Shown here: positions 1-9,267 of the stretch, one piece after another | How positions within the stretch are numbered: the stretch's first letter is position 1 | Layout: each line of letters starts with the position of its first letter | Source: an uncultured Ruminococcus sp. | GTDB lineage: Bacteria > Bacillota > Clostridia > Oscillospirales > Ruminococcaceae | Assembly (NCBI GenBank): GCA_937902395.1 | Contig: CALGTV010000038.1 | Coordinates: 808 to 64,807, forward strand | Direction: 5' to 3' | DNA length: 64,000 nucleotides | Made by a program: the position numbers and the translations under genes | The notes under the pieces: model-generated | What the model saw: only the letters and a program-made list of their open reading frames with translations | The model's database searches: none | What the model was told of the DNA's origin: nothing

Positions 1-424
1 GATATATAATTATTGTCGGGTAAAACTGCGTCATGAGCAGTCTGCGAGTGATTGTGTTCAGGAAGTTTTTCTGATACTTTACAAAAAGCTTGAAAAGGTT
101 GATTTAACGGAAAATACAGTTATTTGGCTTTACAGGACAGCCGACAAGGTTATTAGCAGATATCTTAAAAGGCATAACAGCGATATAAGTCTGGATTCCC
201 TTGACGAACCTATTGAAGATAAAAGGGCTTTTATATCTGACAGCTACGAGGTAATCGACACATATGTTACAAAGGACGAGCTTTCTCTCCTTGAAAAATA
301 TTATCTGCATGGTGAAACCATAAGAGAAATTGCCGAAAAATCTGCTGTATCAGAAGCAGCTATATATAAAAGAATTGAGCGATTAAAGTCAAGATTAGAA
401 AAACACAGGGAGGAATTGTTATGA
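1..424 (+). CDS. ECF-type sigma-70 factor, 5'-truncated by window edge
   Basis: Not in ORF track; frame 2 is open from the edge to TGA 422-424: IYNYCRVKL..ASDCVQEVFLILY..WLYRTA (region 2) and YYLHGETIREIAEKSAVSEAAIYKRIERLKSRL (region 4 HTH). ATGA overlap with next gene. Confidence 0.85.
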   Translation, partial: IYNYCRVKLRHEQSASDCVQEVFLILYKKLEKVDLTENTVIWLYRTADKVISRYLKRHNSDISLDSLDEPIEDKRAFISDSYEVIDTYVTKDELSLLEKYYLHGETIREIAEKSAVSEAAIYKRIERLKSRLEKHREELL

Positions 425-1176
425 ATGAGTTAATTAATATGCTTCTTAAAGATAATTCTTTTTCTGTGAAATCTGCTGACGCACTCAGAAAAGAACTTGA
501 AGCCGAAATGAAAAAAGATAATCCCGATATTGCTTTGATAAATGAGCTTGTTATGGCTATATCAGAGGCTGAAAATTATCCGCAGACTGATATTGATATT
601 GAAAATGAGTACAGAAAGGTCACGGCATATAAACAGAAAAAGCCTGTTTTAAGCTATATCAAGGGATTTGTGGCAGTTGCATGTGCAGTATTTGTAGTCA
701 GTAATGTAATCAGCTATTCTGCCTATGGTGAAAATTTATATACACTTGTCGTAAAAAATGATGATAAAATATATTTTGATTTTTTTAAATCTGATGATAA
801 AACAAGGGATTCTTTTAAATATGATTCATATGGCGTGAAAAAATTTTATGAATGTTTGGGGATGAAAATAGAATCGCCTATGTATTTTCCTGAGGGATTT
901 GAAATTACTGAAAAACGGGTTAGTGAGCAGCTTGTAACTCTTAGCGACGGTAAAGGTCAGGTTGATATTTCATTTATGTCACTTAGCAGAGGTCTTACTA
1001 TTGACGGCGTTAATCCAAATGAATCTGTTATACACGTAAACGGACACATTGCCACTTATATCAACGATGAAAATGCGGATTGGCTTATTTACAAATTTGA
1101 TGACATTGTTGCTATTTACGATTTCCAGTATCTCAGCGATGAGGAAATCGACAAAATAATATCATCTATCGAATAA
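421..1176 (+). CDS. Putative membrane anti-sigma factor (DUF4367-like C-terminal domain)
   Basis: Coupled to ECF gene; N-terminal cytoplasmic part, one TM (FVAVACAVFVVSNVI), P.YFPEGF motif and ..EEIDKIISSIE end typical of DUF4367 proteins. Confidence 0.65.
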   Translation: MNELINMLLKDNSFSVKSADALRKELEAEMKKDNPDIALINELVMAISEAENYPQTDIDIENEYRKVTAYKQKKPVLSYIKGFVAVACAVFVVSNVISYSAYGENLYTLVVKNDDKIYFDFFKSDDKTRDSFKYDSYGVKKFYECLGMKIESPMYFPEGFEITEKRVSEQLVTLSDGKGQVDISFMSLSRGLTIDGVNPNESVIHVNGHIATYINDENADWLIYKFDDIVAIYDFQYLSDEEIDKIISSIE

Positions 1177-1191
1177 AAAGGAGGATTTTCT

Positions 1192-2445
1192 ATGAAAAAA
1201 TTATTATCTTTGCTTGCATCTCTTGCAATGCTTACCACTATGTCACCTTTTTACACCGAGGGAACAAAGGATAATTATGATGATGTGGATTCACTTGCTG
1301 ATAGTTCAGAAGCTATCAATTCCGAGACAAAGGAATGCTGTACTCATCCCTGTTACCATGATATAACCTATACATCTGCACATAAAATTACTTGTGATAA
1401 TTGCACACATTGTTCTAATGACGAAAATAATTCCTCTGATGAAATCAGTGGGGATAAAACTCAATTTCGTTTTGTTGGAACAGAGTATACATCTGCGTAC
1501 AGTGTAAAAGAGGGAATTAAAACACCCATTGAAAATACTGTTTGCTGTGGAATAAGAAGGGCTTCTCGTGTGACTGATTTTGATTATATCAATGTAGACA
1601 TGAACAGAGAATATGAGAAATATAAGCATTTCGGATATTCAAATTCTAAAAGATTAATAGATATAACATTAGCAGATACTACAAAAGAGGTTTATGCAGA
1701 TTTAAGCGGTTCTATGGATATAAGCGACAATATGGTGAATATAGTCAATAAGGGTGATTTCCCCATTAATTCAGATGTATGGATAAGCATGGAGGAGGGA
1801 ACGTATAATTTTGCGCCGTATTTCCAGTGGAATATATGGGGTGATATTGATAAGAACCTTAGCATTGAAGTTACTGAAAATGGATTACTGCTGAAAAGTG
1901 ATGACAAAATTGAATTGAGTGTCAGTGCAGAACGCTACATAACGGACAAAAATGGAGAGATTCAATACGGCGACTATGGTCTTATAACAGATTATGCTAC
2001 TGTTAGTGATTCACCTACTGACAAAGATTTACTTGTAACAATAGATGATGAGCAGAAAGTTTCATTCTATGTTGATAAAAATAATGACGGAAGCTATGAT
2101 AGATGAATTGGAAAAGTTGACCTGACAAGCAGCGATTTCTATCATATATCTTCTGAAAATAACGTTCTTGTTACTGTAAATGAGGAGCAAAAAATCGTGT
2201 GCTATATTGACGATAACAACGACGGTGTATATGATTCTCCCGTTCAGAAAGGCGACGCAAATTACGACGGAGTAATTGACGCTTCTGATGCAAGTGCAGT
2301 TCTTGCACATTATGCAAGGCTTTCCACATCTTCTGAAAATCTTGCATCTGATACTCATACAATGGATTTCGACAACAGCGGAAATGTAGATGCCGCAGAT
2401 GCTTCAATGATTATCAAATATTATGCAGATATTCAGACAAGTTAA
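1192..2445 (+). pseudogene. Secreted dockerin-bearing protein interrupted by one in-frame TGA (2104-2106)
   Basis: Signal peptide MKKLLSLLASLAML; ORFs 1192-2106 and 2197-2445 are in the same frame with no other stop between them; C-terminal dockerin GDANYDGVIDASDAS..DFDNSGNVDAADAS. Confidence 0.7.
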
Positions 2446-2463
2446 AGAGAATATGAAAAAACA

Positions 2464-2489
2464 AATCCCCGAAATCATCTTCGGGGATT
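2464..2489. terminator. Hairpin after dockerin gene
   Basis: AATCCCCGAA-ATCATC-TTCGGGGATT inverted repeat. Confidence 0.55.
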
Positions 2490-2494
2490 CTGCT

Positions 2495-2722
2495 TGTCAA
2501 AAAATGGGATTCTAAAGGGTGAAACCCTTTAGCAGAGTCAAGAGACGGAGTCTCTTGCAGGGTGTGGGACAGTGTCCCACGCAGAGCAAAGCTCTGCGAT
2601 GCGTTTAAGCGCTCTGCAAGGGGTGAATTTCCAAACAGTCCACAGGACTGTTTGGAAAGAGGGGACGCTCTGCAAGAGAGAGCGTCCCCTTAAAAAAAAA
2701 TTTTATTGTAACTTTTCTGACA
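2495..2722. repeat. Multi-hairpin MITE/REP-like element (copy 1 of GGGATTCTAAAGGG family)
   Basis: Ends TGTCAAAAAA/TTTTCTGACA; tandem hairpins TAAAGGGTGAAACCCTTTA, CAAGAGACGGAGTCTCTTG, GTGGGACAGTGTCCCAC, GCAGAGCAAAGCTCTGC, TTCCAAACAGTCCACAGGACTGTTTGGAA, AGGGGACGCTCT..AGAGCGTCCCCT; partial copies elsewhere in window. Confidence 0.7.
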
Positions 2723-2760
2723 GACTGAATAATTACAATCAATAATCATAGGATTTTCAC

Positions 2761-3567
2761 ATGAATACAGATAATAAAAACAATCTTTCAGCAGAAAAGA
2801 TATCAGCTGAAAATAAATCCCGAAAAATCGGGAAAAATATAATAATCCTGCCTGAAACAGCCTCCACCAATACCTACGCAAAGGTACTTGCGGCAAAGGG
2901 CGCGGCTCACGGAACTGTGATTCTTGCTGAATCTCAGACCAACGGCAAAGGCAGACTTGGCAGACGCTTTGAATCCCCGTCGGGAACAGGACTTTACATG
3001 AGCGTTATTGTCAGACCTGAATTTGATATTTCCTGCGCGCCGTTGATAACCTCAGCCGCCGCGGTAGCCGCTGCAGAAGCAGCAGAAAAGCTGTGCGGCG
3101 AGGAAATCCGCATAAAATGGGTAAACGATTTGTATATGAACGGGCGCAAAATCTGCGGAATACTTACAGAAGCCGCCCTCGAATCAAATAAGCTTGCCTA
3201 TGCCGTTATCGGTATCGGTATAAATGTCAGAAAGAGCATATTTCCCGAAGAATTAAGAGATATTGCCACATCAATAGAGGCTGAAACGGGGAAAATAATT
3301 GACAGGAATATATTATGTGGCGAAATACTCAGCCGCCTTGAATATTACCTTGATAATATTGAAAAAAAAGAACATCTTAGCGAATACCGCCGCCGTGAGC
3401 TTCTTACGGGAAATCATATAACAGCAAATATGGGCAATGAAAAAATCGAGGGATTTGCTGTGGGAATTGACGACAACGCCAATCTCATTTTAAAGCTTTC
3501 CGACGGAAGCGAAAAAAAGCTGACATCGGGAGAAGCTAATTTATGCAGAATAAGGAGAGAGAAATGA
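2761..3567 (+). CDS. birA: Biotin-[acetyl-CoA-carboxylase] ligase (no N-terminal HTH)
   Basis: STN, QTNGKGRLGRRF, IKWVNDLY..KICGIL, GIGIN motifs. Confidence 0.95.
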   Translation: MNTDNKNNLSAEKISAENKSRKIGKNIIILPETASTNTYAKVLAAKGAAHGTVILAESQTNGKGRLGRRFESPSGTGLYMSVIVRPEFDISCAPLITSAAAVAAAEAAEKLCGEEIRIKWVNDLYMNGRKICGILTEAALESNKLAYAVIGIGINVRKSIFPEELRDIATSIEAETGKIIDRNILCGEILSRLEYYLDNIEKKEHLSEYRRRELLTGNHITANMGNEKIEGFAVGIDDNANLILKLSDGSEKKLTSGEANLCRIRREK

Positions 3568-4991
3568 ACAAATACAAAAAGCTTGCATCAAATACGATGA
3601 TTTTTGCCGTGGGAAACTTCGGTTCAAAAATCCTTGTAATATTACTTACGCGACTTTACACAAAGCATATCAACCCTGCGGATATGGGCACAAAAGAACT
3701 GCTGGAAACCATGGCGCTTTTTTTACAGCCGATTTTTACCTTTGCATTGCAGGAATATCTGATACGCTTCGGGCTTGACAAAAATTACGATAAAAAAGCC
3801 GTATTTACCACATCAGCCTGCCTCACCTTTACGGGAATGGCGGCGGTTATACTGATAGTTCCGGGATTGCGGTTTATATCGTTTCTGGAGTTCATAAGCG
3901 GCTATTCGCTTCTGCTTGCCATATACACCTGTACATCGGCATTGCGAATGTTATGCGCTCAGTTTGTACGTTCAAGAGATATGGTAAAGCTGTATGCCGT
4001 TGACGGAATATTAGCAACAGGAACTCTGCTGATATTCACATTTATATTCATCGTCGGCATGAAAATGGGAGTTAAGGGTTTCCTGCTTTCCGTAATCTGC
4101 TCTGACCTCTTATCAGCGGTATTTCTGTATGTTACAGCTCAGCTGAACAAATTCTTTAACAAAAGATATTTCAGCATAAAGCTTGCAGGGGAAATGATGA
4201 AGTTTTCAATCCCCCTTATTCCCACAATTGTAATGTGGACAATCACAAGCCTTTCCGACAGAATTTTCCTGACATATATGCACAGCAATAAGGTATCACT
4301 GGGAGAATCCGCGGCAGGAATATACGGACTTGCCAACAAGATACCGAATCTTATTTCAATGGTATCGACTATATTTTTTCAGGCATGGAATATGTCAGCA
4401 ATTACCGAGAATGATTCTGCCGACCGAAGCAAATTTTATGAAAGAGTGTATTCCGCATACGAATCCATGCTTTTCGTAGCGGCAGCAGGACTTATAATGC
4501 TGACAAAGCCTGTAACCTCATTCCTTGCAACATCTTCCACATATTCAGAATACGGAACAGTATTTATATACACTCCGCTTCTGATAATTGCGGCAATATT
4601 CACCGCGCTGAATCAGTTTCTTGGCGGTATATATTCAGCCACAAAGCACACACAGAACAGCTTCTGGACAAGCTTTGCCGCTTGCTCAGTAAATCTTTTC
4701 CTGAATTATCTTATGATACCCGTTATCGGCATACACGGTGCGGCACTTGCAACTCTCCTCAGCTATTATCTCTGTTTCTGGGCAAGAATCATTGATGCAA
4801 GATATTATGTACCATTTAAGTTTGACGGAGTGAGATGCCTTGCAAATACAGGACTTCTCACAATAATGAGTATCATAGTTATAACAAGCCCGCCGCTCTG
4901 GGCATTATGGCTGGTTATGCTATTTGTTGTCGTAGCTGTATACAATTTCAAGCCTATGATGACAACAGTAAAAAAGGTTTTAAACCGATAA
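3564..4991 (+). CDS. Polysaccharide flippase (Wzx/MOP family)
   Basis: Start refined to ATG 3564 (ATGA overlap with birA); L..NT.IFA.GNFGSK N-terminus, SDRI..G.Y motif, many TM helices. Confidence 0.85.
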   Translation: MNKYKKLASNTMIFAVGNFGSKILVILLTRLYTKHINPADMGTKELLETMALFLQPIFTFALQEYLIRFGLDKNYDKKAVFTTSACLTFTGMAAVILIVPGLRFISFLEFISGYSLLLAIYTCTSALRMLCAQFVRSRDMVKLYAVDGILATGTLLIFTFIFIVGMKMGVKGFLLSVICSDLLSAVFLYVTAQLNKFFNKRYFSIKLAGEMMKFSIPLIPTIVMWTITSLSDRIFLTYMHSNKVSLGESAAGIYGLANKIPNLISMVSTIFFQAWNMSAITENDSADRSKFYERVYSAYESMLFVAAAGLIMLTKPVTSFLATSSTYSEYGTVFIYTPLLIIAAIFTALNQFLGGIYSATKHTQNSFWTSFAACSVNLFLNYLMIPVIGIHGAALATLLSYYLCFWARIIDARYYVPFKFDGVRCLANTGLLTIMSIIVITSPPLWALWLVMLFVVVAVYNFKPMMTTVKKVLNR

Positions 4992-5007
4992 AAAGGAGGA
5001 AAAAATT

Positions 5008-5718
5008 ATGCCAACACCCCACAACAATGCAAAAAAAGGAGAAATCGCTAAAACGGTGCTTATGCCCGGCGACCCCCTGAGAGCAAAATTCATAGCTGAA
5101 ACTTATCTTGAAAATCCAGTGTGCTACAACGAGGTTCGCGGTATGCTTGGATTCACAGGAACTTATAAAGGAGTTCCTGTTTCGGTACAGGGAAGCGGCA
5201 TGGGTATGCCATCAATGGGCATATACTCCCATGAGCTTTACACTGAATATGATGTGGAAAACATTATACGTATCGGCACAGCAGGCGCAATTGCGGATAA
5301 TATAAATCTCCGCGAGGTACTTATAGCAGTAAGTGCAAGTACAAATTCCAACTATGCCGCACAGTACAGACTTCCGGGCACATATGCCCCAACAGCCTCA
5401 TGGAAGCTTATATCCGCGGCAGTAAAATCAGCTGAGGAAAAGGGCTGTATATTCCATGCAGGAAATATTCTTTCATCTGATACATTTTACGACGATTCAA
5501 ACAGTCTTGCGGAGTGGAATAAAATGGGAGTTATGGCGGTTGAAATGGAATCGGCGGCGCTTTACATGAACGCGGCAAGGGCAGGAAAGAATGCACTTTG
5601 TATCCTCACAGTTTCCGATTGTCCGCTGAGAAATCTTTCTACAACAGCAGAGGAGCGCCAGACATCATTCCGTGACATGATGGAAATAGCGCTTGAAACG
5701 GCTGTGAAAATTAAATAA
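5008..5718 (+). CDS. deoD: Purine-nucleoside phosphorylase
   Basis: MPTPHN, LMPGDPLRAK, GMGMPS, VEMESA motifs. Confidence 0.97.
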   Translation: MPTPHNNAKKGEIAKTVLMPGDPLRAKFIAETYLENPVCYNEVRGMLGFTGTYKGVPVSVQGSGMGMPSMGIYSHELYTEYDVENIIRIGTAGAIADNINLREVLIAVSASTNSNYAAQYRLPGTYAPTASWKLISAAVKSAEEKGCIFHAGNILSSDTFYDDSNSLAEWNKMGVMAVEMESAALYMNAARAGKNALCILTVSDCPLRNLSTTAEERQTSFRDMMEIALETAVKIK

Positions 5719-5722
5719 TAAT

Positions 5723-5787
5723 GGGATTCTAAAGGGTGAAACCCTTTACCCCCGCTGGCATCAAAGCAGGGTGTGGGACAGCGTCCC
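5723..5787 (+). repeat. Partial copy of GGGATTCTAAAGGG repeat family
   Basis: GGGATTCTAAAGGGTGAAACCCTTTA identical to 2506-2531, plus GCAGGGTGTGGGACAGCGTCCC. Confidence 0.8.
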
Positions 5788-5809
5788 CTTAATTTAGTCA
5801 CTAAATTGA

Positions 5810-5845
5810 TTTAAGGGTATCAGCATTGTGCCGATACCCTTAAAT
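5810..5845. terminator. Bidirectional terminator between convergent genes
   Basis: TTTAAGGGTATCAGCA..TGCCGATACCCTTAAA inverted repeat. Confidence 0.65.
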
Positions 5846-5851
5846 TATACA

Positions 5852-6076
5852 TTATTTCTTGAACTTATCAAAAAGGTCACCGATTTTATCGCCGATATCG
5901 TCAAGCTTAATTTTTGACTTTACACCGTCAATAATTTTTTCAATCTGCTCGTCAGGAAGATTGATTCCGAGAACTCCCTCAACAGCCTTGACAGGATCTT
6001 TTTTGAAATCGTCGCCGAAATCCTTGTCATTCTTAATCTTGTTGACTAATTCCTCAATTTTTTCTTTGATATCCAT
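5852..6076 (-). CDS. Small hypothetical protein (74 aa, helical, K/D-rich)
   Basis: AAGGAG RBS upstream, compact coding-like composition. Confidence 0.8.
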   Translation of the reverse strand: MDIKEKIEELVNKIKNDKDFGDDFKKDPVKAVEGVLGINLPDEQIEKIIDGVKSKIKLDDIGDKIGDLFDKFKK

Positions 6077-6262
6077 AATAAATTACTCCTTTATTAATAA
6101 TATGGTATAATAATTATATCATACAGGAAATAATAAATCAATGGAAATGAAATAAGTTTGTAATAATTGTTAAAAAATAGACATTCTATTTGTGCATATC
6201 GGAGAAAATTCAAAAAGTGACAGCTTTTACAATAGGTTTTTATCTATTCTGCAACATATCTC

Positions 6263-6291
6263 TTGACATATAGCCGAAAATGTTATATAAT
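6263..6291 (+). promoter_or_regulatory. Sigma-A promoter of ppk1
   Basis: TTGACA-17 bp-TATAAT. Confidence 0.75.
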
Positions 6292-6325
6292 TATAATAAT
6301 AAATACTAAAAAAAGGAGCATTATT

Positions 6326-8479
6326 ATGGACTACCTTGAAAACCGTGAGCTATCGTGGCTTAAATTCAATAAACGTGTTATTGGAGAGGCTGTGGATATC
6401 AACAATCCTCTCCTTGAAAGACTGTCATTTTCAGCTATATATCAGAGCAATCTCGACGAATTTTTTATGGTGCGTGTAGGCTCCCTCACCGATGAAGAAA
6501 AGGAAGACAACAAGAAAAAGGACAGCAAATCAGGCATGACCCCCTCTCAGCAGTTGGATTCCATATTCACCGCAGTCCGCCGTCTACAGCCGAGAGTTGA
6601 GGACGCATTCAGAAAAAATATGGAGGAGCTTGCGCCTTACGGCTTCGAGCACGTATCATTTGATACAGCAACCGATGAGGAAAAGGCATTTTTGGAGCTA
6701 TATTTTAAACGCGAAATAAAGCCGTTTATTACGGGAATCCTCGTCAATGACGCTTTGCCTTTCCCGTTTCTGAAAAACAAGGAGCTCTATACCGCAGTTC
6801 ATATCGCCTCTAAAAAAGGCGCAGTAGTGGGAATTATCCCCGTAGCCCATGAGCACGCAGACAGAATCATACCTCTTGGCAAGGACGGAAAGAGATTCAT
6901 TCTTCATGAAGAAGTTGTTCTGCATTTCGCACATCTCATGTTCAAAGGCTGTAAAATAAAGGACAGAGCCATTATAAGAGTTACAAGAAATGCCGATATT
7001 ATGGTAAATAACAAGGGCGCAGACTTCCGCGAGCGCATGGAGGAGCTTGTTGTAAAGCGCACCAAGCTTGCCGCAGTCCGACTTGAAATCACAAACGAAT
7101 TCAACCGCGAGGCATTGGATTATATCTGTCAGAAGCTAAAAATAAAAAATGTCCGCGTGTTCAACTCAAATATACCTCTTGATTTGTCATATCTGTACAG
7201 ACTTCAGGAGCTTGACTTATCACCTGAGCTTCATTTTGAAAGCCGACTGCCGAGAAAATCGGCAATGCTTGCGGATAATCGTTCAATATTCTCGCAGGTC
7301 AAAGCAAGAGATATACTGCTAAGCTATCCTTTCGAATCAATGACAACGTCGTTTATACGACTTTTAGAGGAATCAGCCGTTGACCCAAAGGTAACATCAA
7401 TCAAGATAACTCTGTACCGACTTGCGCGCAACAGCAAGGTTATCAGCGCACTTTGCACCGCCGCAGAAAACGGCAAGGAAGTGCTTGTTATGATTGAGCT
7501 TCGTGCAAGATTTGACGAGGCAAACAATATTGAATGGTCAAAGATACTCCAGAAAGCAGGAGTAAAGGTAATTTACGGACCAAAGGAATTCAAAGCACAC
7601 TCCAAACTGCTTCTCATCAAGAGAAAGAATACGGGAGATAAATTTGACTACGTTACACAGATAGGAACGGGAAATTACAACGAAAAAACCTCGTCTCTGT
7701 ATACTGATATGATGATACTCACCGCAGACAGAGCCATCGCCGAGGATGCAGAACAAGTATTCGACTGTCTCCTTAATGGCACATTTGTAGAAAATACAAA
7801 CAAGCTGCTTGTATCGCCATATGCTTTATTGCCGCAGATACTCGCCATGATTGACGAGCAGATTGAAATTGCGAAAAACGGCGGAAAGGGATATGTAGCC
7901 GCAAAGGTAAACTCTCTTAACGACAAGGCAATAATAGAAAAGCTTGTGGAGGCTTCACAGGCAGGCGTAAAAATTGAGCTTATAATAAGAGGAATCTGCT
8001 GTATTATTCCCGGAGTTGAGGGATATACAGAGAATATCACAGTCCGCAGTATCGTGGGAAGATTCCTTGAACACAGCCGAATATTCATTTTCGGCAAAGA
8101 GGGCGCAGACCAGAAAATCTACATCGGTTCAGCGGATTTCATGAGCAGAAACACAATTCGCCGCGTAGAAGTAGCCGCACCCATTGAGGATGAAAAGCTG
8201 AAAAAGCGAATCCGCAGTATGTTTGCGGTTATGCTTGCAGACAACGTAAAAGCAAGGGAATTGCAAAGCGACGGCAGATATGTCCGTATAGAGTGTCAGG
8301 AGGGCGAAGAGCCGCTGAATTCTCAGGAATATTTCTATGAGGAAGCATACCGCCGACTTGAAGAAAAGGCAAAGAAGCAAGAGCGCATGAAAGAAGTCCG
8401 CGCACAAAAGAAAGGGAAAAAAACGGCTTCAAAAAAGTCAGTAAAAAAATCAAAAAAACCGTTGAAAAAAGATGAATAA
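6326..8479 (+). CDS. ppk1: Polyphosphate kinase 1
   Basis: NRELSWL, SNLDEFFMVRV, ELRARFDE, KAHSK, GTGNYN, RFLEHSR; start refined to ATG 6326 after AAGGAG. Confidence 0.97.
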   Translation: MDYLENRELSWLKFNKRVIGEAVDINNPLLERLSFSAIYQSNLDEFFMVRVGSLTDEEKEDNKKKDSKSGMTPSQQLDSIFTAVRRLQPRVEDAFRKNMEELAPYGFEHVSFDTATDEEKAFLELYFKREIKPFITGILVNDALPFPFLKNKELYTAVHIASKKGAVVGIIPVAHEHADRIIPLGKDGKRFILHEEVVLHFAHLMFKGCKIKDRAIIRVTRNADIMVNNKGADFRERMEELVVKRTKLAAVRLEITNEFNREALDYICQKLKIKNVRVFNSNIPLDLSYLYRLQELDLSPELHFESRLPRKSAMLADNRSIFSQVKARDILLSYPFESMTTSFIRLLEESAVDPKVTSIKITLYRLARNSKVISALCTAAENGKEVLVMIELRARFDEANNIEWSKILQKAGVKVIYGPKEFKAHSKLLLIKRKNTGDKFDYVTQIGTGNYNEKTSSLYTDMMILTADRAIAEDAEQVFDCLLNGTFVENTNKLLVSPYALLPQILAMIDEQIEIAKNGGKGYVAAKVNSLNDKAIIEKLVEASQAGVKIELIIRGICCIIPGVEGYTENITVRSIVGRFLEHSRIFIFGKEGADQKIYIGSADFMSRNTIRRVEVAAPIEDEKLKKRIRSMFAVMLADNVKARELQSDGRYVRIECQEGEEPLNSQEYFYEEAYRRLEEKAKKQERMKEVRAQKKGKKTASKKSVKKSKKPLKKDE

Positions 8480-8586
8480 TGTGATATAATAAATTTTACA
8501 GCATTAAAGGTAAATAATACTATTAGTGTTGAAAAATCTGCCCGAAATTGCACCGCAGCTTCGGGTATATCACATTGAGGTAAAAA

Positions 8587-9231
8587 ATGATAGGGTTTTA
8601 CAGCTATACAGTTATACTTACATATATAAGTCTTGCTTCAGCCATGGCAGGAATGTTTTTCGCCTGCGGTATGTACGGCGGAATTTCTCGTCCTACATAT
8701 GCCATAGTGTGCCTTATGTTATCAGGCTTGTGCGATATGTTTGACGGAAAAATTGCAAGGACAAAGAAAAATCGAACCGAAGATGAAAAAAAGTTCGGCA
8801 TACAGATAGATTCGCTGTGTGACGTGATATGCTTTGGCGTACTGCCGTCGATTATCGGCTATTCTGTGGGACTTAATACGTTTATAGATTTGCCTGTACT
8901 TATTCTTTTTCCGCTTTGCGCGGTGATTCGTCTTGCATATTTCAATGTAACAGAGGAAAGCCGACAGAAGAAAACGGACAGCGTCCGCAAGACATATGAG
9001 GGCTTGCCTGTTACAAGCGTAGCGCTTATATTTCCGCTGGTATACAGTTTCAGAGATGACATAGGGGAATTTTTTCCGCAGGTATACGGCACAGTAATGC
9101 TTATTACAGCAATTGCCTTTATTACAAGGTTTAAAATTAAAAAGCCTGGAATGAAAACAATGCTTGCCTTTATAGGAGTAGGATTTCTTGAATTTCTGTG
9201 GCTTGTATACAAAACTAAATTTGCAAAATAA
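8587..9231 (+). CDS. pssA: CDP-alcohol phosphatidyltransferase, probable phosphatidylserine synthase
   Basis: D.FDG.IAR..G.QIDSL.D motif, RLAYFNV, EGLP; promoter TTGAAA-17-TATAAT at 8462-8490. Confidence 0.85.
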   Translation: MIGFYSYTVILTYISLASAMAGMFFACGMYGGISRPTYAIVCLMLSGLCDMFDGKIARTKKNRTEDEKKFGIQIDSLCDVICFGVLPSIIGYSVGLNTFIDLPVLILFPLCAVIRLAYFNVTEESRQKKTDSVRKTYEGLPVTSVALIFPLVYSFRDDIGEFFPQVYGTVMLITAIAFITRFKIKKPGMKTMLAFIGVGFLEFLWLVYKTKFAK

Positions 9232-9267
9232 CAAGGGGGCGATGATTACATCGCCCCATGATTAAAT

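Noticed and set aside
2506..2690. CRISPR array
   Set aside because: The hairpins differ from each other, there is no constant repeat-spacer period, and no cas genes are present.
5852..6076. NHLP/Nif11-type RiPP precursor
   Set aside because: D..F...F..DP resembles a leader, but there is no Gly-Gly site, no Cys/Ser/Thr core and no modifying enzymes nearby.
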